Counted from the stretch's first letter, positions 1 through 8,755 are shown. The stretch is DNA of 21,184 nucleotides from Promethearchaeota archaeon (GCA_016926735.1 JAFGOA010000126.1:1-21184), one strand, 5' to 3'. The notes: generated by a model from the letters alone, not told the origin. A program made the numbers and translations.

Positions 1-45
1 TGATAATATTTTCTTTTTTGAATTAAATTTTGTTATTTGATTACT

Positions 46-213
46 ATGAATATAAATAATTTAAATATTAGATTAAGAAAGAAAGATTTTAGTCATTTAA
101 ACAAAGAACATGAAATAGAAGATATAGCAAACGTATTTCCTGATGATAAAGAATTTATTAAAATTTTAAAACGTAAATTAATTAGAGATAACTTTCTTTC
201 GATAGAAGAATGA
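46..213 (+). CDS. small hypothetical protein (55 aa), below the ORF-track cutoff
   Basis: ATG at 46, open to TGA at 211-213: MNINNLNIRLRKKDFSHLNKEHEIEDIANVFPDDKEFIKILKRKLIRDNFLSIEE. Purine-rich, coding-like composition. Confidence 0.5.
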   Translation: MNINNLNIRLRKKDFSHLNKEHEIEDIANVFPDDKEFIKILKRKLIRDNFLSIEE

Positions 214-551
214 ATTTTTAATACTATTCAGTTGAGTTTTTAAAATAATAATCCACACTTTCTGGAAAATTATTATTTAGAATCCATAATAGGCTCTTAT
301 TTATTAGATATAATCTCAGAAATTAATATTTTTCACCAAACTTTTATTAATATTAATAAGATTATTCAATTAATATACTTTGACTTAAAAAAAAGAAGTA
401 TATATTGAAAATAAAAAATCCTTTTCTTAAAGATCCTTCTCTAAATTTAAATCCATCATTTTTTCTCCAGACTATTTTATATATCACATACAAAATAATA
501 TTTATAGATACATATGGTTTTATTTTAGAACAAATAAAAAATCAAAATTAA

Positions 552-773
552 ATGATTATTATGGCTTATAAACTAATAGAAAAATCAAACTTTAGTGAAA
601 TAAAAAAAAGTAATTCTAAAAATCCTGATAAATTAGATTTTTCAAATTTAGTTCTTTCTTTTAAGAGTCTATCAGATTGTAATCATATTGATTCTAATGA
701 AGAAATTTTATGTTATGATAAAATAATGATAAAGATCTTAGAAGAAGAAATAAAAAGTTATATGATAAAATAA
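552..773 (+). CDS. small hypothetical protein
   Basis: 73-aa ORF with K/E/S-rich composition and no recognisable motif; the start may be the ATG at 561. Confidence 0.5.
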   Translation: MIIMAYKLIEKSNFSEIKKSNSKNPDKLDFSNLVLSFKSLSDCNHIDSNEEILCYDKIMIKILEEEIKSYMIK

Positions 774-925
774 CTTAAATATATTTTATAATTTTAAAAA
801 AATCTAAAGATTTGGATTTTTTAGACTTTTATAATAAAATAGTTAGATCTAATATCAATAATTAGAAAATATCAATTATTACCTTCTATCTAAAAAAATA
901 TAATTGTAGATACTTTAGATTAATA

Positions 926-1762
926 ATGAATTTATCAGAAATTGATATCGACTTTCTTAAGAAATTATCATTATTAGTATATGATTCTATTTCTCCGATA
1001 ATAGGTACGAAAGAAGCAGCAAAAATAATAAAAAAAGGTGTTGGTGGAGATAATTCGATGCACATTGATATTATATCAGAAAATATAATAATTGATGAAC
1101 TAAAGAAAAATAAAATTAATATAATGCTCATTAGTGAGGAAATTGGAGAACTAATTATAGGTGATGAGAAAATTGTCAAAGAAACGGAAGAGAAACTTAT
1201 TATTGATCCAATCGATGGTTCTAATAATTCTATTAGAGATATTCCTTTTTTTTGCGTATCAATAGCATATGCTAAAGGATCTACAATCGATAATGTGGAA
1301 AAAGCAGTAATTTTAAACCTCACTACTAAAGATATATTCTGGGCAGAGAAAGATAAAGGAGCTTTTTTTAATAATAAAAAAATACCAAAATTAGATCATT
1401 CATCTATAGACAAACTCATCTTTGAAGTTGATATAAACTTACAAAAAGCTTCTAAACAATTTAGAAAATATAGTTCAATTTTTGAGATGATTTATAGAAT
1501 AAGGATAATGGGATCAACCGCTCTTAGTTTTTGTCTTTTTTCAAGAGGTAGTATTGATGGTTATATTAATCTTAAAAATAAAATGAGAGTAGTGGATATT
1601 GCCGCAGCATATTTAATTGTTAAAGAATCTGGAGGTCAGATTCTATCAAGAAATGGTGAAAAACTTAATATTGCTCTTTCTATGAATAATATTCCTCCCT
1701 TGGTTGTATGCAGACCAGATCTTGAATTAATATTAAAAGAAAAAATAGAAGGAATAAAATAA
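926..1762 (+). CDS. suhB: inositol monophosphatase / archaeal bifunctional FBPase-IMPase family
   Basis: Motifs D-x2-SE, ISEE, IIDPIDGSNN, RIMGSTAL and VVDIAAAYLIVKESGG are characteristic of the FIG (IMPase/FBPase) superfamily. Confidence 0.92.
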   Translation: MNLSEIDIDFLKKLSLLVYDSISPIIGTKEAAKIIKKGVGGDNSMHIDIISENIIIDELKKNKINIMLISEEIGELIIGDEKIVKETEEKLIIDPIDGSNNSIRDIPFFCVSIAYAKGSTIDNVEKAVILNLTTKDIFWAEKDKGAFFNNKKIPKLDHSSIDKLIFEVDINLQKASKQFRKYSSIFEMIYRIRIMGSTALSFCLFSRGSIDGYINLKNKMRVVDIAAAYLIVKESGGQILSRNGEKLNIALSMNNIPPLVVCRPDLELILKEKIEGIK

Positions 1763-1873
1763 TCAAAGATGATAATTTTTAATAGAATTGAATTTTATAA
1801 TTATGAAAATTATTTTAAAAAGATATAAAATTCTATCTATATCCAAAATAATACTTAGTGGTTTAACTATATA

Positions 1874-2479
1874 ATGGTTTATAATTTGGTTAAATTAAAA
1901 AGAGATTTTTTTAATAGAAAAACAATTTTAGTTGCTAAAGAACTTTTAGGTAAATATTTAGTTCGAGAAATCGAAAATATAAAATTAATTGGAGAAATTA
2001 TTGAAGTAGAAGCCTATTTAGGACCAAAAGATAAAGCATGTCATACATATAATTTTAAAAAAACTGAAAGAACAAAAACTATGTATCAAGAGCCTGGTAC
2101 AATATATATATATTTAATATATGGGATGTACCATTGTCTTAATGTAATAACTGAGCCTAAAGATATGCCTTGCGCAGTACTTATAAGAGAATTATATCCA
2201 ATTGATGGAATTGAAATGATAAAAAAAAATAGAAATGTTAAAATTGGAAAAAATTATAAGAATTTATTAGATGGTCCCGGAAAATTATGCTTAGGATTCA
2301 ATATAGAGAAACATAAATTTAATGGGAAAGATGCTTGTGCTCCTAATGCTCAATTATATTTTGCAGAAGGAGTTAAAATAGAAGAAAAAATGATATCTAT
2401 GCATAAAAGAATAGGAATTGATTATGCAGAAGAAGATAAAGACAAGTTACTAAGATTTAGATTAGATATAAAAAAATAA
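1874..2479 (+). CDS. mpg: 3-methyladenine DNA glycosylase (MPG/AAG family)
   Basis: Motifs VAKELLGKYL, IIEVEAYLG-x2-DKACH, YIYLIYGMYHCLNV, AVLIR, GPGKLC and RIGI. Confidence 0.95.
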   Translation: MVYNLVKLKRDFFNRKTILVAKELLGKYLVREIENIKLIGEIIEVEAYLGPKDKACHTYNFKKTERTKTMYQEPGTIYIYLIYGMYHCLNVITEPKDMPCAVLIRELYPIDGIEMIKKNRNVKIGKNYKNLLDGPGKLCLGFNIEKHKFNGKDACAPNAQLYFAEGVKIEEKMISMHKRIGIDYAEEDKDKLLRFRLDIKK

Positions 2480-2608
2480 AAAAAAACCTTTTTTTTTTCG
2501 CAATATAAGATCGAACTAATATAAAAAAATTAAATATTAAATAGATTCAATCTTAGATATTATAGTTAATGATGGAAATTTTGAATTTTTAATAATTGGG
2601 GATACTAA

Positions 2609-3055
2609 TTGACCAAAGATATCTTAAAATTTTTTCAAGCTTATGTATCAGAAATGATTAATATAGGAGGAGAAAATCTTCCAAAATCTATTGCTTCCGG
2701 CTTGGGTGAAAAATTAGCTAAAATCTATAAAAATATGGATATTGATGATATAAAAGACGGAATAAAACAGATCTATGAGACATTAGGAATTCATTATCAA
2801 ATTAATGATATTGATAGAGATAAGTTTGAAGTCGAAGTAAAATTTAGTGAAAATTTCTGTCCTATTGGAGGAGAATGCAATCCTGATAAAGCAAAAATGA
2901 TACAAAATAGCATTTGTGAACCGTATATGATAGGATTTTTAGCTGAATTGGATGCTGATTATAAATATATCGGTTGCGTTAAACAATGTATATTAGAAAA
3001 TAATCAAAATATTTGTCGTTATACAATCGAAAGAAAAGAAAAACAAGATGATTAA
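2609..3055 (+). CDS. V4R / methanogen output domain 1-like small-ligand-binding protein
   Basis: Helical N-terminus with GEKLA, followed by FCP, ICEPYMIGFL, KQCI and CRYTI. This Cys pattern is typical of the V4R/HNOB/Bet3-like fold. TTG start. Confidence 0.65.
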   Translation: MTKDILKFFQAYVSEMINIGGENLPKSIASGLGEKLAKIYKNMDIDDIKDGIKQIYETLGIHYQINDIDRDKFEVEVKFSENFCPIGGECNPDKAKMIQNSICEPYMIGFLAELDADYKYIGCVKQCILENNQNICRYTIERKEKQDD

Positions 3056-3223
3056 TAGTTATTTGCTCTTATTTTTCTCTTTTATTAGATTTAGAATTTA
3101 AAAGCTAATTTTTTAATAATAATTAAAAAAGAGATATAAATAATATTTCAATCTTTATTAAAATTTTATCAAAAAAGAAGTCAGAAGAGCAATATTTTTA
3201 TTATTTCTATGATTAATTATTAT

Positions 3224-3524
3224 GGGTGGCTTGGGCCCAACCTGAAACTCCTTAGCTGAGTGGACCACAATATGCTCATAGTGGAATTGTCTGATCTGAG
3301 ATTTTATGAATCTCTTATAATCAATATTATGTCTCGTCGAAGCATTCACCTGAATGGTGGCTCTTTGAGCGATATTTTCTGTAGGGAAAATATATGCTCG
3401 TAATGATGAACCCGATAAGGCCAGGGATGGAGCAGTCGTAAATCGAGAGGGTTACGCTTTCAGAAATGGGTGTGGAGAGTCGTAGTATTTGTTTATATCT
3501 GTGTGATTAGAATCGAGGGTTGGA
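3224..3524 (+). ncRNA. ffs: archaeal SRP (7S) RNA
   Basis: GC-enriched ~300-nt island. Helix 8: CGATAAGGCCA-GGGA-TGGAGCAGTCG (3413-3438) with the SRP54-binding AGG/AGCA internal loop. Helix 6: GAGCGATATTTTCT-GTAG-GGAAAATATATGCTC (3367-3399) with a GNAR loop. Long helix 5 pairings: GTGGCTCTTT/AGAGGGTTAC, CTGAA/TTCAG, GCATTCA/TGGGTGT, AATATTATG/CGTAGTATT, CTGATC/GATTAG. Two Alu hairpins (ACTC/GAGT, CCAC/GTGG) and terminal CCAACC/GGTTGG. The 5' end is uncertain (3224-3236). Confidence 0.92.
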
Positions 3525-3694
3525 ATTTTATATATATTGTAATTTTAACTTGTTAAAAGGGAAATCTTAAAATATTATTATAATTACATTCTCTAAGGAA
3601 CTAATTTTTGGTTTTTATATTATTTATTAAAAAACAGTATCTTAATCAAAATTAAATCAATTAAAATAAATCTTCAATATTGAAATACAATGAA

Positions 3695-4000
3695 CTACAT
3701 TAATTCTATTTCAACTAAAACACTTTCAGGAATTTGAATTTTCATAATTAGATGCATTGATCTTTCATTTGCAACTATTTCAAAAAGACGTTTATGGATT
3801 CTCATTTCAAATTTTGCAAAAGTGGAAGTTCCTTGTCCAGAAGGAGCTTTTCGAACGGGTACTTTTAATTTTTTAGTAGGTAAAGGGATAGGTCCGTATT
3901 TTTTAATACCTTGAGTTTTGCATACAGATTCAATTTGTTCACATACGGATAGTAGAAAATTTAATGATATAGACGATAATCGTATCCTAGCTTTTTGCAC
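3695..4000 (-). CDS. rpsJ: 30S ribosomal protein uS10 (archaeal type)
   Basis: MQKARIRLSS, GPIPLPTKKL-x-VPVRKAP-x-G-x-G, FEMRIHKRL and VEIEL; GTG start. Confidence 0.96.
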   Translation of the reverse strand: MQKARIRLSSISLNFLLSVCEQIESVCKTQGIKKYGPIPLPTKKLKVPVRKAPSGQGTSTFAKFEMRIHKRLFEIVANERSMHLIMKIQIPESVLVEIELM

Positions 4001-4143
4001 GTTTGTTTTGCACCAATAAAGTTTTTAAATTTTCGTTTGATATAATTCAATCTATTTGAAATTAGTAATATGGATAATTATTCGTGTTAAATAAATTTTT
4101 TTATATTTTTTAAATATATCAATACCATTTTTCCTATATCTAA

Positions 4144-4794
4144 CTAGATTTTTGTTAATAACAAAAATGTTTGACCTCCTTTTTGTTTGGGGTTATCTTT
4201 AATATAAAATCCATTAAAATTATTAATCTTAAATGAATTTAGAAATATTTCTAATTCATATTGATCATAAGGATAAAACTCAATTACGATTCTCCCATTC
4301 TTCTTTAGAATTTTATTCAATTGAGAAGCAGTTTTATTCAGTAAATTTATTTTTTCATGATTGTTCTTTTCATTATATGTAATAAAATTATATGCTGAAA
4401 CAGACAAAATAAAATCAATACTATTGATACGTAAAGGAAGGTTATTTATATTACCTAAAATTAATTCAAAAATGGTTTCTTTATCCGGAATTCCCTTTTT
4501 TCTAATATTTGCTTTTAAAAGCATATCTGGTAAAAGATCAATACCAATAACATTAAATCCATACTCTATTAATAATTCTGATGAAAAACCAGTTCCACAA
4601 CCTAAATCTAATATTAAATATTCAGAATCTTGATTATGATGTATATCTCCTAAACAAGGATCAAAAAGAAAATTGATACATCTACGTGTAGTTTGTTTTT
4701 GATTTCTTTCCATCCAAATTTGATTATTATATTCATTAGCTTTAGTTCCAAGATAATCATTTGGAAATCTAGGTAATTTTTTTTTTCGTGTCAT
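4144..4794 (-). CDS. class I SAM-dependent methyltransferase, Bud23/WBSCR22-like
   Basis: Motif I is ILDLGCGTG, followed by GIDLLPDML. Bud23-like features are the N-terminus (A-x2-Y...Q-x2-TT-x-RC), SVSAYNFI and the C-terminus (LKKNGRIVIEFYP...F-x-G...DNP...FLLL). Probable ATG at 4794; the ORF extends to 4812. Confidence 0.85.
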   Translation of the reverse strand: MTRKKKLPRFPNDYLGTKANEYNNQIWMERNQKQTTRRCINFLFDPCLGDIHHNQDSEYLILDLGCGTGFSSELLIEYGFNVIGIDLLPDMLLKANIRKKGIPDKETIFELILGNINNLPLRINSIDFILSVSAYNFITYNEKNNHEKINLLNKTASQLNKILKKNGRIVIEFYPYDQYELEIFLNSFKINNFNGFYIKDNPKQKGGQTFLLLTKI

Positions 4795-4915
4795 AAGAAT
4801 TACATCAATCAAATTTTGATAATATTAATAAACTTAAAACTTTATAAAGACATGAGTATAAGTAAATTATAATTATTAAAAATAAAAGACAAGTTTTTCT
4901 AAACTAGTAAATAAT

Positions 4916-5311
4916 ATGCCGGGAAAAGAGACTATATTAGTTGTTGATGATGAACCAGATATTCTTAATTTAACTGAGAAATTTCTTAAATTAGGACATT
5001 TTAATACTATTACTTGTAGTAATGGTAAAGATGCCGTGAGAATCATCGAAGAAAAACACGGAGAAATATCACTAATCCTGCTTGATTTAATGATGCCAGG
5101 AATGAGTGGTTTTGAAGTATTACAAGTTATAAAAAATAGTGAAAAACTTAACCATATAATTGTAGTCTTATTTACAGTAAAAAGTTTCAGTGAAGATATC
5201 CAAAAAGGAAAAAAATTAGGAGCAGATTATTACATAACAAAGCCATTTTCTGGAAAAGAATTATTGAAACAAATACAAGAAATTCTTCAAGGAGTTACAT
5301 CTCTAAACTAA
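4916..5311 (+). CDS. single-domain response regulator (CheY-like receiver)
   Basis: ILVVDDE, ILLDLMMPGMSG (phospho-acceptor Asp), FT and GADYYITKPF. No output domain, and no histidine kinase in the window. Confidence 0.93.
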   Translation: MPGKETILVVDDEPDILNLTEKFLKLGHFNTITCSNGKDAVRIIEEKHGEISLILLDLMMPGMSGFEVLQVIKNSEKLNHIIVVLFTVKSFSEDIQKGKKLGADYYITKPFSGKELLKQIQEILQGVTSLN

Positions 5312-5422
5312 TTAATGATATTATTTTATATATTTGTACCTTATAAAAATATAATATTTATATCTGAACGTAAAGAAACATCTAATCAATTAAATCTTAA
5401 ATCAAATAGATTATAACCAAAT

Positions 5423-5755
5423 TTAGATTTTTTCTCCACATTCTGGACAATAAGTTGTATCTTCATTTTCTATACTATTTCCGCAATAAACACAAAATTT
5501 AATTTTATTTCCACTTATTGTTACTACGGAAGAATTGTTAGGCTCTGTCATTGGAATGGGCGAATCTAAATTATTAAACCTTGGTGTTCCGCAATAAATA
5601 CACATCTTTTTATGATTAGCATGATGACCCCAAATATAAAATGGAATTCCAATCCCTCCTGTAAATATAGCAAGGACAATAATTATTCCAATATTCATTT
5701 TTTCTCTTTCAAATGGGGTTTCTTTTTGACATTTTTTACAATAATAAACTTTCAT
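5423..5755 (-). CDS. membrane-associated zinc-ribbon protein (LITAF-like domain plus C-terminal Zn ribbon)
   Basis: CKKC, a hydrophobic stretch, CIYCG, a linker, then CVYCG...CPECG. Confidence 0.75.
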   Translation of the reverse strand: MKVYYCKKCQKETPFEREKMNIGIIIVLAIFTGGIGIPFYIWGHHANHKKMCIYCGTPRFNNLDSPIPMTEPNNSSVVTISGNKIKFCVYCGNSIENEDTTYCPECGEKI

Positions 5756-5873
5756 AATATTATTTCATATTCTATGGTTTAAATAGATAAAATTAAAACT
5801 AATATTAAAATGATCTTTATACCAATTTTTATCTTTTTCCAAGATATGATGTGTATCTGATTTTGTTATCATC

Positions 5874-6356
5874 CTATTTGGAATTTTTTTTTTTCCAAAA
5901 ATCATTTTCTACTCTAATTGCACTAATTTCTCCCTTAGCACATAAAATATTATTTGAAAACAAATCACATGAAACATATATTTTATTTTTTTTAATTTCT
6001 TTGACTTTGGCTTTTAAAATAATCGATTTTTGAAGAGAAACGGGTCTTAATAATTCTATTTTTATTGTACCTGTGGCAAATGGTATAAATGGTTCTGTCC
6101 CAATTTTACGATTCTCTTGTTTATATGCTTGAGCGATTGCTGTATTTAAACAATGACAATCTATAATAGTAGCTATAATACCTCCACATAAAATATCCTC
6201 TCCTGCTTTTAAATGATCTTTTGGCATCCAATTACAAAGCGCTTCCTCTCCTTTCCAATAACTTTTTATATGCAAACCATGCTTATTATTTCTTCCACAT
6301 CCAAAACAATAACTTAATTCTTCTGGCCACGAATCTTGAAAATAGTTTTGAGACAT
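5874..6356 (-). CDS. PaaI/hotdog-fold thioesterase
   Basis: CFGCG-x2-N-x2-GL, ILCGGIIATIIDC and ATGTIKIELLRPV. Confidence 0.85.
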   Translation of the reverse strand: MSQNYFQDSWPEELSYCFGCGRNNKHGLHIKSYWKGEEALCNWMPKDHLKAGEDILCGGIIATIIDCHCLNTAIAQAYKQENRKIGTEPFIPFATGTIKIELLRPVSLQKSIILKAKVKEIKKNKIYVSCDLFSNNILCAKGEISAIRVENDFWKKKNSK

Positions 6357-6535
6357 TATTATATCAATTTCTAAAAATATAATTGGTAATTTAATTTAAT
6401 AAAAAAAATTCATGATAAAACAAAAAGAATAATGATATTTAGATATTCATTAACAATATTATAATTTTTGAAATCTCCAGTTCTTGCAGAACCTATTCTT
6501 AAAATCCTAAGATTTTTGATTTGAAGATTGAGATT

Positions 6536-6670
6536 TTATTTTTTTTTATTCTCTTTTTTTTTTAATTTTCTGAAAATATTAACTATTCCATCAATTAATA
6601 CTCATCCAGTACAAAAGTATTCATTGGGTTCATTATCATTAAATTCATTATTTTCTTTTAATTCTGACAT
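6536..6670 (-). CDS. candidate small protein with an in-frame TGA in a C-x-x-(TGA) context (possible selenoprotein, or a 22-aa peptide/pseudogene)
   Basis: ATG at 6670 gives MSELKENNEFNDNEPNEYFCTG-TGA-VLIDGIVNIFRKLKKKENKKK-TAA. No convincing SECIS element was found. Confidence 0.3.
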
Positions 6671-6854
6671 TATAAATCAAAAAGTATGTATAATTTTATA
6701 TTTATGAAAAAAATTTGAATTTTTTATATATTCTTATTAAATTTCATAAATATATTTCCTCTAATTTTTTTGATAGATAAAAAAAAATTTAAACATATTT
6801 TTAAAATCTTAATTTATTTTAGATCTATTAAAAAAAAAATGGAATAATTCACTT

Positions 6855-7553
6855 ATGATTCTTCAAGCAGACTATTGGACATATATAGAAGGTTTTTTTG
6901 ATTGGGTAGCCAATTCTGGGGGAATAATGGTTGTTATTAGTGGAATCATAGCTATTAGTTGGTTGGGATATGAAAGAAAAAGACGAGGCTCCTTTTTTAA
7001 AAGAAAAACCGATCAAGAAATTGAAAAACCCAAGCATAGAATGTTAACATTATTAAGAATTATCTCTTTCTCTGGTTTAATAATAGGAGTATTATGTGTT
7101 TGGGCAGGAGTTATGGGATTAATTTTAGATATTCCTCCAAGTTTTAGATATGTTGATGCCACAGAAAATCATGCAAATCAATTTACTTGTCTTTATTTAA
7201 TAATTATCGGAATTGCTATGTTCTTTAAACCAATAAAAGATCTTCCATTATCAAGTTTATTTGGTATTTTAGCAGGAGCTGTCTCAACTATCCTTTTCGC
7301 CACCTTAGTACCAGATACAGTAATAGGACCTTTAATAAGCAAATATTTTAAATGGATTTGTGTCGCTATTTTTATAATAGTAGCTTGTACTGTCACTATT
7401 CTGTTTAAATTTTATATAAAAGTATTTGTTTTGATCTCTAAAGTATTATCTTTTCCTCCTGTTGCACTAGGAATAGCTATTTTTGCATTCACACAAGGTA
7501 TTTTATTATGGGGATTCGGAGTAAGTATACCTAATCTTATCCAAACTATTTAA
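6855..7553 (+). CDS. multi-pass membrane protein of unknown function
   Basis: 232 aa with about 6 hydrophobic segments. Confidence 0.8.
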   Translation: MILQADYWTYIEGFFDWVANSGGIMVVISGIIAISWLGYERKRRGSFFKRKTDQEIEKPKHRMLTLLRIISFSGLIIGVLCVWAGVMGLILDIPPSFRYVDATENHANQFTCLYLIIIGIAMFFKPIKDLPLSSLFGILAGAVSTILFATLVPDTVIGPLISKYFKWICVAIFIIVACTVTILFKFYIKVFVLISKVLSFPPVALGIAIFAFTQGILLWGFGVSIPNLIQTI

Positions 7554-7616
7554 TAATTTTATATTTTTTTTATTTTATTTATTTAAAAACCTTTTTCTAA
7601 GATAAATTAAAAAAAA

Positions 7617-7970
7617 CTATTTTTTCTTTTTTAAAAAATCTGGAATTATTCCTTTAAGTCCTAAAGTATTTAATATTGTTTCTTTTATATCCATTTGAAT
7701 TTTAAAATCTGACATTTGTTTCATAGTTTTTTCTAATGTTAATGAAAAATTCATACTCATATCCTTTATAGTTTCTGCCATTAAACTAAAAGATTCTTTC
7801 ATAGTATTGTTCGTTTGTTTAAGAACAGAACTCATTGTATCTACTGATTTTGATATGTTAGAACTGAAAATAATCAAATTTTCTGAGAAATTATTAATTT
7901 GATGGCTAATTTCTTTTAATTCTGAATTCATTTCAACAAGCTGGTCTTTAAGGTCTTTTATTCCCAACAT
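7617..7970 (-). CDS. hypothetical helical/coiled-coil protein
   Basis: 117 aa with amphipathic Met/Ser/Thr-rich helical periodicity. Confidence 0.7.
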   Translation of the reverse strand: MLGIKDLKDQLVEMNSELKEISHQINNFSENLIIFSSNISKSVDTMSSVLKQTNNTMKESFSLMAETIKDMSMNFSLTLEKTMKQMSDFKIQMDIKETILNTLGLKGIIPDFLKKKK

Positions 7971-8220
7971 AATAATTATAATTAAAACTAATTTTAAAGA
8001 TTAAAAAAATTAATAAGATAAAATTGAATTAGATTATTAAATTTTATATAATTGAAGATGAATTTAGATTTACTAAAAAGTACTCTAAATCTAATCAACT
8101 TTTTTTTCATATCTAAATCGAATTGTCCTTGATTCTATTCTCATATTTTATGTTATTTCAATATTAATTTTAATATAAAATTTAAAATAATTTCATATTT
8201 TCTATTCTATTCATAACTAG

Positions 8221-8406
8221 CTATGTTTTAGATGATCTTTTTATAACAAAATAAAGTATAACTAATGAAATAACATAAACTATCATTATTAAACTCCAAA
8301 GTAAAATATCACTTTGATTTCCATCTAATACTCCTGCAATAATCTTATAAATAAAATAAATATTTAGTAAGGTAAGTAATAATATTCTATCTTTTACTGG
8401 CTTCAT
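8221..8406 (-). CDS. small two-TM membrane protein
   Basis: 61 aa with two hydrophobic helices and basic termini. Confidence 0.6.
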   Translation of the reverse strand: MKPVKDRILLLTLLNIYFIYKIIAGVLDGNQSDILLWSLIMIVYVISLVILYFVIKRSSKT

Positions 8407-8500
8407 AATCGTTATTATTTTTTTTTTCTATATTAATAAAATATTAAATATAATTAAAATTATAATACAGAATATTAATAAAAAAACAAAAAAATTTAAT

Positions 8501-8713
8501 ATGAATGATATTTCGCCCCCAATTTGCTATATTTGTAAAAAAAATTTTAAAAAAAACATTCCTAGTCTGTATTATTGCATCTGTGATATTTCTATATGCG
8601 AGGAATGTATTGATTCTGTAAAAAAAAATAAAGTAGAATGGATCTGTCCTAAATGCAATGAGAGTAATAATATCAAAAAAAGTAAATTGTTCAGGGAAAA
8701 AAATATATCATAG
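8501..8713 (+). CDS. stand-alone C4C4 RING-finger protein
   Basis: C-x2-C-x13-C-x-C-x4-C-x2-C-x12-C-P-x-C spacing. Confidence 0.78.
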   Translation: MNDISPPICYICKKNFKKNIPSLYYCICDISICEECIDSVKKNKVEWICPKCNESNNIKKSKLFREKNIS

Positions 8714-8755
8714 TTTCTATAATTTTCAAGATAAAAGTGTTATTTAATTTTCTTA

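Noticed and set aside
3158-3349. 63-aa minus-strand ORF
   Set aside because: Antisense to the SRP RNA; a by-product of its higher GC content.
926-4000. suhB plus uS10 (NusE) as an rRNA antitermination module
   Set aside because: The genes are on opposite strands and separated by unrelated genes; archaeal IMPase/FBPase has a sufficient metabolic role.
8064-8094. Hairpin TTAGATTTA-N13-TAAATCTAA followed by a T-run, as a SECIS or terminator
   Set aside because: It lacks the 3' GA of the SECIS quartet, and the T-run is on the strand opposite to the flanking genes. AT-rich dyads are common in this window.
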